64,000 nucleotides of DNA from Octopus sinensis (taxonomy: Eukaryota), in contig NC_042998.1 of the NCBI RefSeq assembly GCF_006345805.1, positions 116,312,001-116,376,000 of the forward strand. The letters run 5' to 3'. Both the position numbers and the translations under genes were made by a program. Shown in pieces: positions 36,831 through 52,990 of this stretch. The notes beneath the pieces are model-generated. The model saw only the letters and a program-made list of their open reading frames with translations, did not search any database and was not told the DNA's origin. The stretch's first letter is position 1. Every line of letters begins with the position of its first letter.

Positions 36831-39448
36831 CGTGTGTGTGTGTGTGTGTGTGTATGTGTGTGTTGGGGTCTCTCTCATACGTGACCGTTGACGCTGAATT
36901 CGACTGGTAAGCAGGTAACCTTGTCTTTGTTGAAATAGTTGTGAGCTGCTGGACTTATTTCTCTGATGGGCAATAAGAATTTCCATATCCTCCGAGGAAA
37001 CGAACTGTTGACCCAGACAATAAGAATTAATTTTAATAAAAGCATCAATTTAAGAAAAAATAATAAAGTAGTAAAAAATGAAAATTTAGCACGAAAAATT
37101 TGCAGGGTTCTAAATAAATGTAAAAATGTAATAGATACGAAAAAACTATGTTATCACCAGAACACGAACGCTCTGGAAGATCAAACATGGTGTGTTCTGT
37201 TTGTATTTGGTCGATCGGCGCGTTGACAGGTAGACAATAGAATGCGATGGCGATGGCGATGGAATATTTGTTTCTCTCTATGAATGCAGACAGATACATA
37301 AGTGAATGTTCTGGGAAGGTAAGCAATAGAGTGAGTGAAAATGTGCTGAGAAGAGAGGAAATAGCGAGAGTGAGTTGAGGAAGACAGATACATTAAATAA
37401 CGTGAGTGGAATTGTCAAAGTTATAAATAAAGGGGAGTTAGAGGGGAATGGAGGAAATAGCGTGAATGAGGAAGATGGCCCCTAGCAACCACACCTTTTA
37501 AAATAGGGATTTAAGATAGGTAGCCCACGGACATCGTCACCTCATTTTACATGTCCCTATAAATTTTGGAGCGAATCGGACGGGATGTAGTGGCATTGAA
37601 AGCGGTAAAAACGCATTTCAGTTTTATATATAGAGATATATATCTATATACATTGTATACATGTATATGTATGAATATGCATACACATATATATGTATAC
37701 AATGTGTTTATATATGATTATACTCATACATACATACAAGCATGCATACATATATAAATATATATATATAAATATATGTACAAACATACATATGTACGTA
37801 CATGTATATGCACACACACACACATATGTATATATACTGATTCATACATATATATTTATATCTATACATCTATCTATGTAAATATACATGTGCACGTATG
37901 TGTGTATGTGTGTTTGTGCGTGTGTACGTCAGTGTATATGTGTGCATGCAGCTATGTACAAATGACAAAGAATATGTAGAGCAGTATTTTTAAGAATGTA
38001 AACGATATAAGTTATACCATTATTTTATGCAGTGCTTTTTGTATGTAATTATACTTAAAAAAATATTTTTATTTTAATCTAGATAAATGTCTTAAGTTGA
38101 ATTTTTCTAGCTTGCACTTGTTAGATGATTTTGATATTGTGTTTATTGAAAATTCTAATTATTTAATTGTGGAATTGCTTTCGTTTTCTTTTATATTTTT
38201 TTTTAGTTCTAAATTGTAAATTTATAAATCAAGATAAACGCTAATAGAAATATGTTTTAATCAACAGAGCCTGTGATGGAGACAAAATAGTTAGTTTGGT
38301 TTCCCGCTCCAGAATGGCCTGCTTTGTAGAAAGGTATGAGCATGCAACTTGTATCTGACCCAAGAAAAACATGGACACATCACTTCGCTTTCCTAAACCT
38401 AATAGGATGTCCATAATATTTGAAACTGAAGGCTCTTGCAATGAAATGACATATATGGTAAGTTGAGAATAAAGCGTGGAATGGAAACATTTCTTCCACA
38501 AACAATTATGATAGTGGATTCGAAAACCTAGGGATACATTCTTACACAGAATGCTTTACCGTTACAGTGTTTTAGTGTTACGGATTCTGGAGAGGAACAT
38601 GAGTAGTTTGGCGAGAATTACAAAACTAAATCTCGGATGACGGGCAATATCATTAACATACACTATATGGTGAACTGACGACTGCCATCTGGATAACTGT
38701 TAGCATATTCGAAGGTGGGCAGCATCCTGCAGAATTGCAGTTTGGAGAGTATTGATGATATGCTCAGAAAGCTTGCTACTTGTAACATAATTCTTTTGTC
38801 TTGTACCAGGAGGATTTTTGTGTTGTAGACATACACTTCCACTTGTTGGAGTTCATAAATAGTTACTTATAGCAACTATCGATTGAGTGTTGTAACTGCT
38901 GCTCATATTAGAGATGACAGGCTACACTGCAGAACATGCTTGACGGGCATAAGCTGTGCAATATTCTTGATAAAAAGAAACACAGAGTGTATACATGGTA
39001 GGGGTAGATTCTATCTGAGAAAGAGTTGGCCGTTGTTAAGCTTGATAAAGTAAATATTATATTTTTGTTTCTTACGGATAATGATAAATGTACCTACGTT
39101 TAAAATGGGGGCAGACAAAAAATTCATAGCAAAATCCTCACTTGCTTGGGGAAGGCTAATCTCGATTTGGATACAAGTTACTATTCCAGTCAGCATTACT
39201 TTGCATAAATGTCTTCAGCAGACATTTCGTGTGATCTTGTACAGATGTATGCAACAACTGTTTTTAAGTCATTGAATGACGCTCATCCACATTCTGCAGT
39301 ACCTCTCTGAGATATATGTCACTAATATAATTCATTTGAAATTTATATCTGCCAAATCTTAGTACGTGGTGTCAAATATTATGGAAGAAAAAAAAATATT
39401 TACCTTTTGGTTTGTTTAATATTTAAATTTGCACGTCTTGATATAAAA

Positions 39449-39501
<53 letters not shown>

Positions 39502-41366
39502 TCTTTCAAATCACATGTTATAAAAAGAAAGCTCCAGTTATATGGGATGAAACGTGCATAATTTAGAAACATATAGAAGCATATATGACATATTTCTATA
39601 TATGTATATCTCTAAAATGAAATATATATTTTTAAATATCTATTTATATGTGTATATGTGTTTGCGTGCTTATGTGCGTGTGTATGTGTGTATTCTTATA
39701 TATTTATTTTACTTGTTTCAGCTATTGAACTGTGCTAGTAACAGCCTTGAATACGTTATTCGAGCAAATCTATTGCAGCACTTATTTCTAAATTCTGGTA
39801 CATATTATATCGGTCTCTTGATTAACTGCTAAATTAAGAAGATTTTAAGAAACGAGCTTACCTCTTAAAGTGAAGGCCAAACAGACACAAAGAGAAACTC
39901 ATATAGATATATATAGATACACATAGACACGCATGCTGATTCGAGTTTCCTTCTACCGAACTCACTCACAAACATAATAGAAGACACATTCCCGAGGTGT
40001 CATACATTAGGGCAAAATCCCAGTTCATGTAGTTGTGATTACATCTTATTACACACACACACGTGCGCGCGCGCAGTAACATACACGCGCGCGCGAACGT
40101 GTGAGGCATCGTCGTAATTTAAAGTAACACACACTGACATGTGCATACCAAGTTATAACAGATATCTGTCAAAGAAGTACGTGAGAAAACCAAGATAGCA
40201 CACCGATGTGTTGTTATATTGCTGTGCCGCTGTCACTTGACCACTACTCATTTCACACTATATGATAGCAGTAACCTTAAATTATGTATCATCTCTTCTT
40301 TAAACGAGCAATAAGTATCACTTATGTCCCTACTGTATTACAGATGTTAAATTAGATAACAATTACCTAATTAATCTTGTCTATTGTTGTATTACTTGAT
40401 CGAGGTCGAAGATTTTTCCGAAGATATATCTAACAAACGAAAGTAACATAAATTAAATATCACAAGAGTTCTACAGAACTTCTGTGGCAGGCATGGCAAC
40501 TATAACGCGGACAGCTTCAGGTTTTAATATACAGTACAGAGCATTATAACTTTATAACTGGATATGGAAAGCAATTTAACATGAGACTGCTTGATTCTTA
40601 TTATAGAGAAATGCTTAATATTTATGTATACTACAGTTATAATTAAAATGCATTTTGGGATTTCGAGAGTGTAACAGATGAAGAAAATGCAGTTCATGGT
40701 AATTTGCACTACTTTTCTGAAGATCAACAAAGCCCCTATCACAAAAAGGAAAATCGATCTGAAGAGAGGGAGAAACCCGTTGAACAAGCCAGCGAGCCAT
40801 CTTCCACGTGATCACCGGAAGTATTAAACTTAGAAGATATCGGATTTCCTCATACCGTCATATGAAAGGACACGGAAATAAAGAGGAAACGTCATGGGGT
40901 TTTCAGCAAATAAGGAAGAAAGAGATCATGCTCCTTGCTCAATGCTCTTTATCAAAGGTCAGCTCGATCAAGATGGACAATGATACCTAATATCACTACT
41001 AACAAGAAAACAGCCGAGAAAAAGTATTAATGTTTGAAAATAACTTAAGAGGCTATCTAACAAATGAGAGAACTCGTCCAAATAAATTGCATTGTAATAA
41101 AATACGATGCTTGCTTTAAAGCCTTAAATAATCCCGCAAGATATAAGTTATAAGAAACACCAATATGTTATTTCCTGCGGCTAGTAACTACATTATTGCG
41201 ACAACTGAAATCATATTATCCATTGAGGGAGCAGCTGCAGAATTATTAAATGTGCCACAAATAAGTATTTAATTGCCTTCAATTCACATGCCGGAACACT
41301 GCAATAGTAAGTGTTATATTGTAATTGGTGAATCTATTTAATACGCTTCCTATATGAGCGTATATA

Positions 41367-41582
41367 CGATGGAGTGCTGAAAAGTTCCTGGCTTTGGATA
41401 AAAGAAAATATAGGTGGATAAGTCAATTATGATTATATTTAACATATTCTCCTCTCAGACTCACACACTTATTGCAGCGATCCTTCAGTTTTTGTAAGCC
41501 CTATAAATGAACCCGGAAGGTTGACTTCCAGCCACGTCTTTCGTAATATATTTACAGCCAAGATCTTTTCAGCATCCTCTCG
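41367..41582. mobile_element. Tc1/mariner-type MITE
   Basis: Imperfect TIRs cgatggagtgctgaaaagttcctggct and agccaagatcttttcagcatcctctcg, each flanked by TA. Confidence 0.8.
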
Positions 41583-42294
41583 TATATACGTGTGCGTGTA
41601 TATAAATATACAAATATTTACGCACACACACACATACACACACACACATACATATATATAAATATATATGAGTGTGTGTGTGCTCATGGTTGTCCTGCAA
41701 TAACCGCTCGATAACCGGCGTTGATGTGTTTATCTTTACGTAACCTAGCGGTTTGGCCTAAGAGAATGATAGAGAAAGTACTAAGCTTAAATAATTAGTA
41801 CTTTGGTAGATTCGTACGACTAAATATTCCTTAAGGCACGGCTGTAGCACGGCCGCAATCTAAAGACTGAAAGAAGTAGAAATAGAATAAAAAATGGACA
41901 AAATAATTTGGCAACTTTATCATGGAGAGGACAAGACAGTAGTTACGTTTTTAATTAAGTAACTACTGTTTTCGGTCGGTTTAGGATGATAACTTTGTTA
42001 TAAAATAAAAGGGAAAATAAATTTAAATACATTAAAACGATTTAATATTTTATAATGTGAGGTCTGATTAAGAACTCGCAGTGGTGTATTTCATTTACTT
42101 CTAAAAGTAACTGGGTTGCAGAGGACAGCAGAAGTAACCGCCTGTTAGCTGTAACAGCACGAAGAGTAAGTGCAGCAGCAACAACACAACAGCAGCAACA
42201 ACACAAACTTATTTCTTTCTCCTTTCTATCTACCTCTCTCTCTCTCTCCACAGACACAGGCATACATATATTCATACATACATAAATACATACA

Positions 42295-43490
<1,196 letters not shown>

Positions 43491-44784
43491 TTTATATATA
43501 TATATATATCTGTTAGTCTGCACGTCTATATTTGTAGAATCGATAGGATGACGGAAGTTATTTGATATTAAGTGCCGGCTAATTTTTTTTTCAAAGACCT
43601 TATTCTGCTCTAAACTTTGTCGATTATTCAGTGTGTTCGAGAGTAAAGTGTAACTTAGGGATATATAAGCACAACTACTTCTTAATATCTCCAATACAGA
43701 CTAATCGACATTTAATTGTATGTCGACAAACGAGTAGAAAATGCATTAGTCGGTAATCAAATCCATTGCTATGTGCAGAACGCATATGTTAGCTTTTCCA
43801 TATGCGTAACACGTGGTATTTTATATCTTCAGTATTATATGTATAGATCACACAGATCATGGAAATTAACTATTGCTAATGCGGCTTCTGTATGTTTTGC
43901 ACGCATGTGTGTCAGAGTGCGAGTGTAAGTGTCACCATGTGTGTATATATATGTGTGTGAGAGTGTGAGTTTGTTCATGTGTGTATGTGTACGTGGGCGT
44001 GACTCTTTGTGCACGGTGCGTGTTATCTATTGTTGTATATAGAGAAGAATATTAAAAAAGAGAATTCCTTGCTGTTTGGACATAAATTATAAAGATGCTT
44101 GGATTTGTCATCTGGCATTGCCAGCTGTCATGGAGCTTTCATTATATCAACAAATATGCGAATCTGAGATACGATTCTTCTCTTATACTTTATTAATTTC
44201 CACCTAATGTCTATTCAACGTCACGTTTTCACAACATATTTTATACAAGTTTAGTGCATTTACTCGGATGATTTAAAAATTGTATTGAAAACCATTCTTT
44301 ATAAAACATTTCACACAAGTTATCAGATGGTAAAGTACTTTTAAAATCTTTTTTATGCGTTTAGAACAAGCAATTCTCGCATACTGAGAAGACAGTGGTA
44401 GAAAAGAAGGTTACTGAAATAGACAATGTTTGAATATGTCATCAATAAGAATTTTGTTTCATTTCTTGTTTTCTTGTTTTTTTTATAGGTGAACGTTGAT
44501 TAGAGATATTTTGTTCTCAAGTATATACTGGTCCGAGTTACGTCTTCTGATGCATAACTGATTCGTGAGTTAAAATTCTGTTAAGTATATAAAACATGCC
44601 TTAGGTTAAATCCCAATGTGGGTACTGATTTTGCTATTCTTATTCAGAAAATATAATATATATATATATGTATATATAACCCTGCGACAATCAGCTAATT
44701 AAACAACATTTTGTGAATTGTGTTTTAAACGGACACGGACAGCGACAGATATTTAGATATAGCTAACCACTTGCCATGTCATTT

Positions 44785-44798
44785 TGCTGCTGCTGCTG

Positions 44799-44878
<80 letters not shown>

Positions 44879-44895
44879 ACTGCTGCCACTACTCC
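44785..44895. repeat. Compound (GCT)n-(ACT)n-(GCT)n microsatellite
   Basis: Direct inspection. Confidence 0.95.
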
Positions 44896-45378
44896 TCTTT
44901 ATATTATCGACTTGTAAATGTTGAAACATTAAGTGAGCTTTGGTACAATTCCAGCTAAAATTGTTCTCCGCTTTATAATCTTTGGCTGACTTCCTATTAA
45001 TCCAACACATTCCTCTCATTAATGTTAATTGTGGGCCATTTGTATAGCAGGAAATAAAATTCTGTCTTGACCCATATACGTTTTATTTATTTTCATTAGG
45101 AAAATAAACAAAGTTACAACTTGTATATTGTCATCTATTGTTTTGTTTAACTGTTTCCCCACCCCCGCTATTTCCGACCATATGTATATACTGATTCGAT
45201 ACTTTCGACCTAAATCTTATCGCAGTTTGCCTAGCAATTACTAGACTTAGAAAAGTACGTTTCAGCAAGTTTGTTGCAGTATATCTTGGTAACTAATACA
45301 TACATATGCACATTCATACGTATATCCATGTACGTTCGCACACTCACATAAACTCACAGATACAAACACACATGTATC

Positions 45379-45960
45379 CACGGGGTCTGATCAATAGGTA
45401 TCCGCACGGCTGCCATTGTAATGATGCTACAATATGCAGAGTGAAGCTGCTGGACACGGATTGAACTTGGAAACTGCTGTGCATGCGCATTAAGTGTTAA
45501 CAATCTAGTTCACTTCTGCTGTTTATAACAGTGTTTGGTAGGAATGTCTGTAGCGTGTGATCGTCGCATTGACCATGATGGAGAAAGTTACCATGGTGAT
45601 ACCTGCTCGGAGGCCAACACAAAATTGCAGAAAGCGTGTGAAGAGGATTACTAGTATACGAGTGGTCCAAATGTTTCCAAGATGGCCGAAAAATGTCGAT
45701 ATTGATGAACGTTCTCGAATATGCTCGGTTACCGGTTGCACAAGATCTCCTTGATTGTGTTGAGAAAGATAAAATGCTTTTGAAAACTTTGTGTCGGCCT
45801 CTGAGCAGGTATAGCATATCTTTTAGGAAACTTTGATGCAAATTCTCTGCCCGAATTTTTCTGTCATGGTCAATGCGACGATCGCATGCTAAACAGCGGA
45901 AGTAAGTTAGAGCGTCAAAGCCAAGTGTGCATGCACCGCAGAGTTTAAGATCAGTCTGTG
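45379..45960 (+). mobile_element. Internally deleted mariner element with long subterminal inverted repeats
   Basis: TIR-like cacggggtctgatcaataggtatccg; transposase HTH remnant VYEWSKCFQDGR(E)NVDIDERS near 45655-45720; gatcgtcgcattgaccatga (~45549) mirrored by tcatggtcaatgcgacgatc (~45865). Confidence 0.7.
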
Positions 45961-48193
45961 TCAAACGACTTCACTCTGTGTGCTGTAGATTCCTTACTAT
46001 GGCTATAATGCGGATATTTAATGATCAGACCACGTATATATCTAATATATATAAAGCAATGAGTGATAACATCATATGGGATAAACGTGAATCTGACAAT
46101 TGTGGAACTTTCTGAAAGGTTTTGCAAACAAGTTTGAATAATATTGTTATGTGATAATACAACAGAATCAATATAATTTATATATAAATAGTAGAACGTT
46201 ATGACAGGAAGAAATGAGTGAAGATCTGTATTGAAATGTAGTTACTACTGATTTACTTAGAAGCATAAATAATTTTGGCATGCCGAAGCCCACGAAGGTT
46301 TGAAGCAGAACACTTTGGGATGAAATATTTACTGCAAGTTCAGGGCAATGAATTTGGGACAGGTGGACTTAGGTGTATGTTAATAACTTGAAGTTGTAAC
46401 ATTGAAGTTACAACTTACGTATGTATTTAAGTTAACAGCATTAGAAATTTATGTAAACCTTTCCCCTCTATTGTTAACGCCGGGACAAAGGAGGAAAGGA
46501 AATTGTACTTCTGTCGTAAACTTAGATCCAGTCATAGAAACTTCTTGTGAGAATTTCTAATAATATTATGACATTTACAATTGAATTCCTTCTACTGTTA
46601 TGTTGCAGAATCTTCATATATATTATTTGTCGTTGTACATATACAAATATTCATTATTGCTTAATACTCAGAGATACACACAATGACGTTTTCCATGTCT
46701 TAAAGTAGTCGGTAACTTACTCCAATCAATCACGATATTTAATGATTGAATATTACGCTGTAATTGAGGGTCACTCGCCAATGCATGTTAATTTTGAATA
46801 ATATTTCAAATTACAAGCTTATTATTCCTGTCTTATTTAATAGCATTTAATAATTAAGATAATGATTTGTTCTCATACCTACATATTTAATTTTAATGAA
46901 TTAAACTTTATTCTTCCATTATATTAACTATGTTCGTTTTCAAATTACTATTTGTTTTCATGAAGTACGTTTACCTGGACACCCCTCGCCCACCATCGTT
47001 TTTATATATCTTATTTATAAATTCAATGCGTAGGTTTAGATGTAAAGTTAATCAAAATAAGCCTGCTGTAGTTCACCTCTCTTAATCGTATAGATGTAGA
47101 CATGGCAACAGGAGAGAGAAATATGACCAGCAAGGATTCAAAGAATGTTACCATTTTGCGAAAGAAACTCTCGGTAAATTGTTAAGTGCACGTTACGTGA
47201 TGTGAAATAATTTAAGTATAACGGCAGTAGAAATTCGCAGTAGAAATGTAGCCAGATGACCGAAAACTGCTGTAATTAACTTTCAGGTCAACCCTTCTAG
47301 GAAAATCTTATCGAGAATTGCAATCCAATTGTGATTGCCACTCCTTCATGTGGGATTACACATTTTTAAGTTTGCCAGATTTGGTACGAAGATAAATAAA
47401 AGGCTTCAGTAAACTAATACTTGAAGTATGCCATTGAAAGGCTAATTCTTAAAACGGTTAAATACGATTCTTTTAAAATTGTCTTCCGTAACAACATTAC
47501 TCGTTGATAATTTATGACTAATATTGTAATTATAGGTTTAATTGAACTTTGGAAGAGATGACGGATTTACAGGGATTCACTTAGTGTTCTGTCACTGAGT
47601 TTGTTTAACATCAAAAAGAAACTAAAAATATTTCATGTCGAATTCATGTACAAATTTTGTATGAAGTACGCCCATCCTTAGTGGTTGCATAATCTTCACA
47701 CGCAATTATCAACAGCATGTGCTCGATTCTGTATGTAAACGCAAACTGACACCCTCCGCGCGCGCACACACACATACACACGCATCTACAAACTCTACAA
47801 ACAAAAACACACATGTATACATACATGAAGTCTGTCAATTCAAAGACAAGTATGACAATAGCTGCGCCCATGCTGAAATTTAAAGTCAGTAAGAGCTTGC
47901 ATAGCACCGCTAAAACTCTCACCAGTCAAGTAATCCAGAAACTAGGAGATTTTCGGCTTTGCTTTGGGGCGGATGATTTTACGGAATTTCATTATGAGAG
48001 TTTTGCCTTATCAAAGGTTTGGAGTGTCTCAAATGATAGACGGCCGGCGGTTTTTCTGAGTTTACCCCACCTTCAAAGGTACCAGATTTCATCCCGCAGG
48101 GTGGCAAACCAAAACCAACCTTCTTAGCAAGCAGTGTTGGTAGGGTCGATGGTTTAGTCACCGATGGCCCACAATGCGACAAATTCAACTGGG

Positions 48194-48224
<31 letters not shown>

Positions 48225-49997
48225 CGTACGTACATACGTACACATGCATATTTATATAAAATATATATGTATGTATGCAAGCTTGTATGTAAGAATAATT
48301 CTTACTATAGCTAAACGTTAAAAAACAACAATATTTGTAGCAAGGATAATATTCGTGGAGACTCAAAGAAATGAAAGCTGTGGACAGTATTTTACTTAGT
48401 TAACTCATACAAATACTATATCCAGATTACTTTTGCAGGAAAATATGGCTGAGTGAAATACTGAAATGCAAGTACTTGAATACTGACGTTTGACCCCCCT
48501 CCAAGCTTATATTATTTGTGTGTTATTAATCGACTTCAGAGCTAGTGTATGTTTAAATTTTATATCCAATTTGGATATTTCGGATTCCTTTCATGTTTTA
48601 TAAATGTCACTGTGTCCATATTTGCTTAAAGCTGTTATGAATCAGTTTTTCAATGCCCGGATAACACTCAAACCACGATGTAGGTATTATATGCATGCAG
48701 ATGTCTACATGTGCGCGTGTAAGTGGTTCTGTGTGAGTTTGTGTGTGTGTATTTGCGTTTCTATTTGTGCGTGTGTGTATGTATATGTGTGTGTATACAT
48801 ATGCAATATGTGCATATATTATATATATGAGAGTGCATGTAGACGGGCGGATGAATGTGTATGTGGATGTATATACATATTATATTACCTATTATGTGTA
48901 TCGGATCTGCTAGTGAATGTAGGTGTATATTTACTCACATGATAATAATAAGATAAAGAGAGAGAGAGAGAGAGAGGTGGAGAGGGAGAGAAAACTGACT
49001 AAAAGCAAAATTGACCTATTGGATTATTATTAACAAGCTGACCCTGTTGGTGCCATGGGAAATGTTTCTATATTGTGAGAGGCAAGGCTCTCCGTATCTG
49101 ACGAATACAAAAAGAAGAGAAAAAAACACACCAACAAATATGAATATTACTTAGAAAGTGAATATGTATTTATAATAAGTAAAGAATGTGGTAAGAAAAA
49201 GTGTCATTAAGAAATTAATTAGATACATCTGTGGAAGAAAAGACTAATGGCCAAAAATCACCTTAGTCATTGTGATGCCTTCTTGTCAGACATATAAAGG
49301 ACCGCATTTTGCAATATTTTGCATCCATTTCATTAAAGGAATGCTTGATTGTTGGAAGATCTAGTTGCTAATACTAGCATGTAATTATACAAGAGAGAGC
49401 TCCTGATTCAGTGTCTAGTATAATCATTATCGTTGGCTCATGATGTGTGCGTATATACTTGCGTGTACTTGTGTCTATATGAGTGTATGTTTTTCCTAAG
49501 TGCGTGATATGTGGGTGCGTTTGTGCGTGTGTGTGGTATGTGTGCGTGCGCTATGTCCCTATTGATAATCATATAAAGTAGTCGAAATGGAAATAATGGC
49601 AAATATGCAATTCCTTTATATTGATAATCTGCTTATAACTAAATCAGTAATTATTCACGAAGTGTATGATGAAGAACAAGCTAACACGTACATTCATTAT
49701 CTACCCTTCTTGATCACAGATGAGTTGGCATCCAATAATATGAAGCAATTCATCTGTAAATAAACATTCACGTAACTGGCCGATAGTTGATGAGAAACTT
49801 GCGCGAAAATACTAAAATGTGTATTTGGAAATTTCTACTATTCATAATTAATAAAATGGGAGGTTATATTTTTTTTAAAACTATGTATGACAGCTAACAG
49901 TGAACGTGACTGAGTTGATAAAAAATTTATAATAGAAATGGAAATTTCGAGTGGAGATAATGACAGTGTATCACCTTACACAAAACGCACGTGCGTG

Positions 49998-50031
<34 letters not shown>

Positions 50032-50779
50032 GACACACACTCATCCTTTATTGTGATTAGTGAGATGAAGAGTATCGTGCTTGGTTTAGGCTTAGGCTGT
50101 AGCAGACTAATGATAGTTTCTGACCGATATGTGGTTCGATTCTTTCCTGGAGGTTATAATACAAATTTTTCTTATTGAACATAGATATTTGAGGGTGTGC
50201 GAGTATGTAAGTATGCGCATATATACACATACAAAACTATATATGCTCTTTGTATATATATATGTGTGTGTGTTTGTGTCTCTGTATTTGTCCCCTCAAC
50301 ATCGCTTGACAACCGATGCTGGTGTGTTTACGTCCCCCGTAACATAGCGATTCGGCAAAGGAGACCAATAGAATACGTACTAAGCTTACAAAGACCAACA
50401 AAGAAAAAAAAAAGAAAAAGAAAGAACAGACACCACAAAATTTAGAAGAACACTCTCCCGCTGAAAAAGGTTACGAATGCACGGCGGAGAGAACGATGTC
50501 ACTAAGTGATGTAGAAAAAGGCAAAAGGACACGACTGAAGGAGAAAAAGTTCTTAGGACTCAGAGGCAGCGAGTGGTGTTGTGTGAGTAGCGCACTCTTC
50601 ATAATATCATTTTCAGATATCATTCATATTATCATATTTCAATTTATTCTGCATGTTCATTTTCATGTATCATTCATTATATCATATTTCATTTTTATAT
50701 TTTTAATTGTTGTATATCCCCACATGTGTTGCATTGTCCCCCGCTGTGTAATTCTTTTATGGCAAAATATTAAAATAAA

Positions 50780-51160
50780 GAAGCTTGGTTCCCAACAACA
50801 TGACTCTGGGTTCAGTCCCAGTGGGGAACAATTTGTGCAAATGTCTATGTGTATAACCTTCGGCCAACCAAAGCCTTGTAAGTGGATTTGGTAGACGGAA
50901 ACTGAATTATCCCGTAGTATATATGTATATACATTCATATCAATGTGTGTGTGTGTCTTTGTGAGTTTGTTTGTCCCCACCACCTGACAACTGGTGCGGA
51001 TGTGATTACGCCCCCGTAACTTAGGAGCTTGTCAAAAAAGACCTATAGAATAAGCACTAGACTTTAAGGAACAAAAAATAAGTAGTATTTGGCTAAAAAT
51101 TATTCAAGGTGGTGTCACTATATGGCCGCAGTCTGATGACTGAAACGAGTAAAAGATAAA
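50780..51160 (+). mobile_element. tRNA-derived SINE (family B)
   Basis: aagaagcttggttccc..tctgggttcagtccca..ccaaagccttgtaagtggatttggtagacggaaactga..tatggccgcagtc..tgactgaaacgagtaaaag. Confidence 0.75.
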
Positions 51161-51844
51161 AAATGTACTTTCTGAAACCACTTATAATGATCGCCTATAC
51201 TTAAGTGATCACTCAACACGTACAACCATCCTAGAATACATCCTCATACGCCAAATTATTACGGTCACTCGTCAGCGCAAACTAACCGTCAATGCTCACC
51301 TACATTTAACTTCTAACTTCTTGGTGAACTGTGATAACACTACGATAACAATAACAAAGGCAAAAATAGCACAATTTAAAATAGCACCACAATATACACT
51401 GGTAATTGATCTTAGCTTAATCAAAGTTGAATAATTAAAGCATTTTGTATTTGTGAGATTAATGTTAAAAGATCTTCTAATTATTATCAGAAGATAAAAA
51501 GTAATTGATCATAGCTTAACTAAAATAAAGTACTTAAAGTACAATGTGTTATTGAGATTAATTGATTCATGATTAATTGGATAAAGGAAGACGTCGTAGT
51601 GAACTAATAAATATCCAAATACGCACTCAAACATGAACGAAAGATTATGAACCCCGTCAATTCCTTCCCTACCAAGTGTATTTTTTGTGGCCAAATACAG
51701 GCGCATACGCATATGCGACACAAATATATAATATGCACATTGGCCTATATGGTACATTTAAATTTACCTCTTTCTGACTTATATTATTTGCGGAGTTAGT
51801 CATACGAGAAGTATGAAACAGATAAAGTGGGGATGGGCGAGAAA

Positions 51845-51877
<33 letters not shown>

Positions 51878-52649
51878 TAAAGAGAGAGACAGAGAGAGAG
51901 AGAGGAGAGAGAGAAGGGAGGGAGAGAGAGAGTGAATACATACAGGGATACACACGAATGCAATATATAAGCGCAGGTACCACTGAGACAAGTTATCGAA
52001 ATAGTATAACCTTACAATGCATTTTTACAACCAAATATATTTCTTTGTCCAAATAGTCCACTCGGGCCGCACTATCCACTTCCACCAGTTCTTTCGTCCC
52101 GAAACATAAAATCTCAGATTTTTCACACACTGCACCTATTTGTCTTCAGTTGTCAACCTTGTAGCTATTCGAGAGTAGCCTCACTCAGATCGGGATCGGA
52201 AGACCTTACGTAGGTCATGAGCACTGCTCCATTCTCCATACACATGTTTCAAAATATAAACAAGCAAAACATTTCACAACTAATCTGTTGGTTCTGGTAT
52301 CGATTACATTAAGAATAATCTATAGCATTTGCATAAAAGTATGCATTTCCTAATGAAGATTCTTCTACAAATTTAATTTTAGTACTTGACGGTAATTGGA
52401 TTATATCAACTTCTTGTATTTGATAAAGTTAATTTGAATTTGCCGGAGATTGAACTCAGAATGTAACGAAACCTAATTAGATACTGTATCATATTTTTTC
52501 GGATGCTGTAGCAAATCTGCCGTATCCACTAAAGGCCTCATAATAAATGACAGATATAGTAAATGTGTTAGAATTCGGAAAGATATGAAATAAATCACAA
52601 GTTCAAAATAATTTCCATTTATACTAATCATCTTTCCCTGATTCACACT

Positions 52650-52990
52650 TTGACAGATTCACTGGTTGAATGCATCTTTCCATCCTGACTTTCCATTGCA
52701 AGTAGAACTTGAACAAATCGATGGGGTATTGCAGACGATGGTATGTCATCAAATCGTTCAGCTTCGTCCAACTCACAACATCGTTCACCGTATCTGAACC
52801 CAGATGGTTTGGTGACGCTCACCAGGTATCGCCGGCTATTACTTCGACTTTTCCAATAAGCGACAACAGCTACTCGAATAGTGTTCGAAAGCGTGCAGTA
52901 CGGTCTGTTGCTCCGCATACTGTTCTAGCAGCGCTTCTTTGTAGCTGGACTAGGCCAAGGTTATCAGAAGATTATCCATTGTACACCCCT
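52650..52990 (-). mobile_element. Decayed L2/CR1-type LINE fragment
   Basis: LVQLQRSAARTV.. resembles the post-RT VQRRAAR motif; GC-elevated block. Confidence 0.35.

Noticed and set aside
38700-38790. Minus-strand LQTAILQDAAHLRIC*, resembling the Dong/R4 C-terminus
   Set aside because: Too degenerate to call as a feature.
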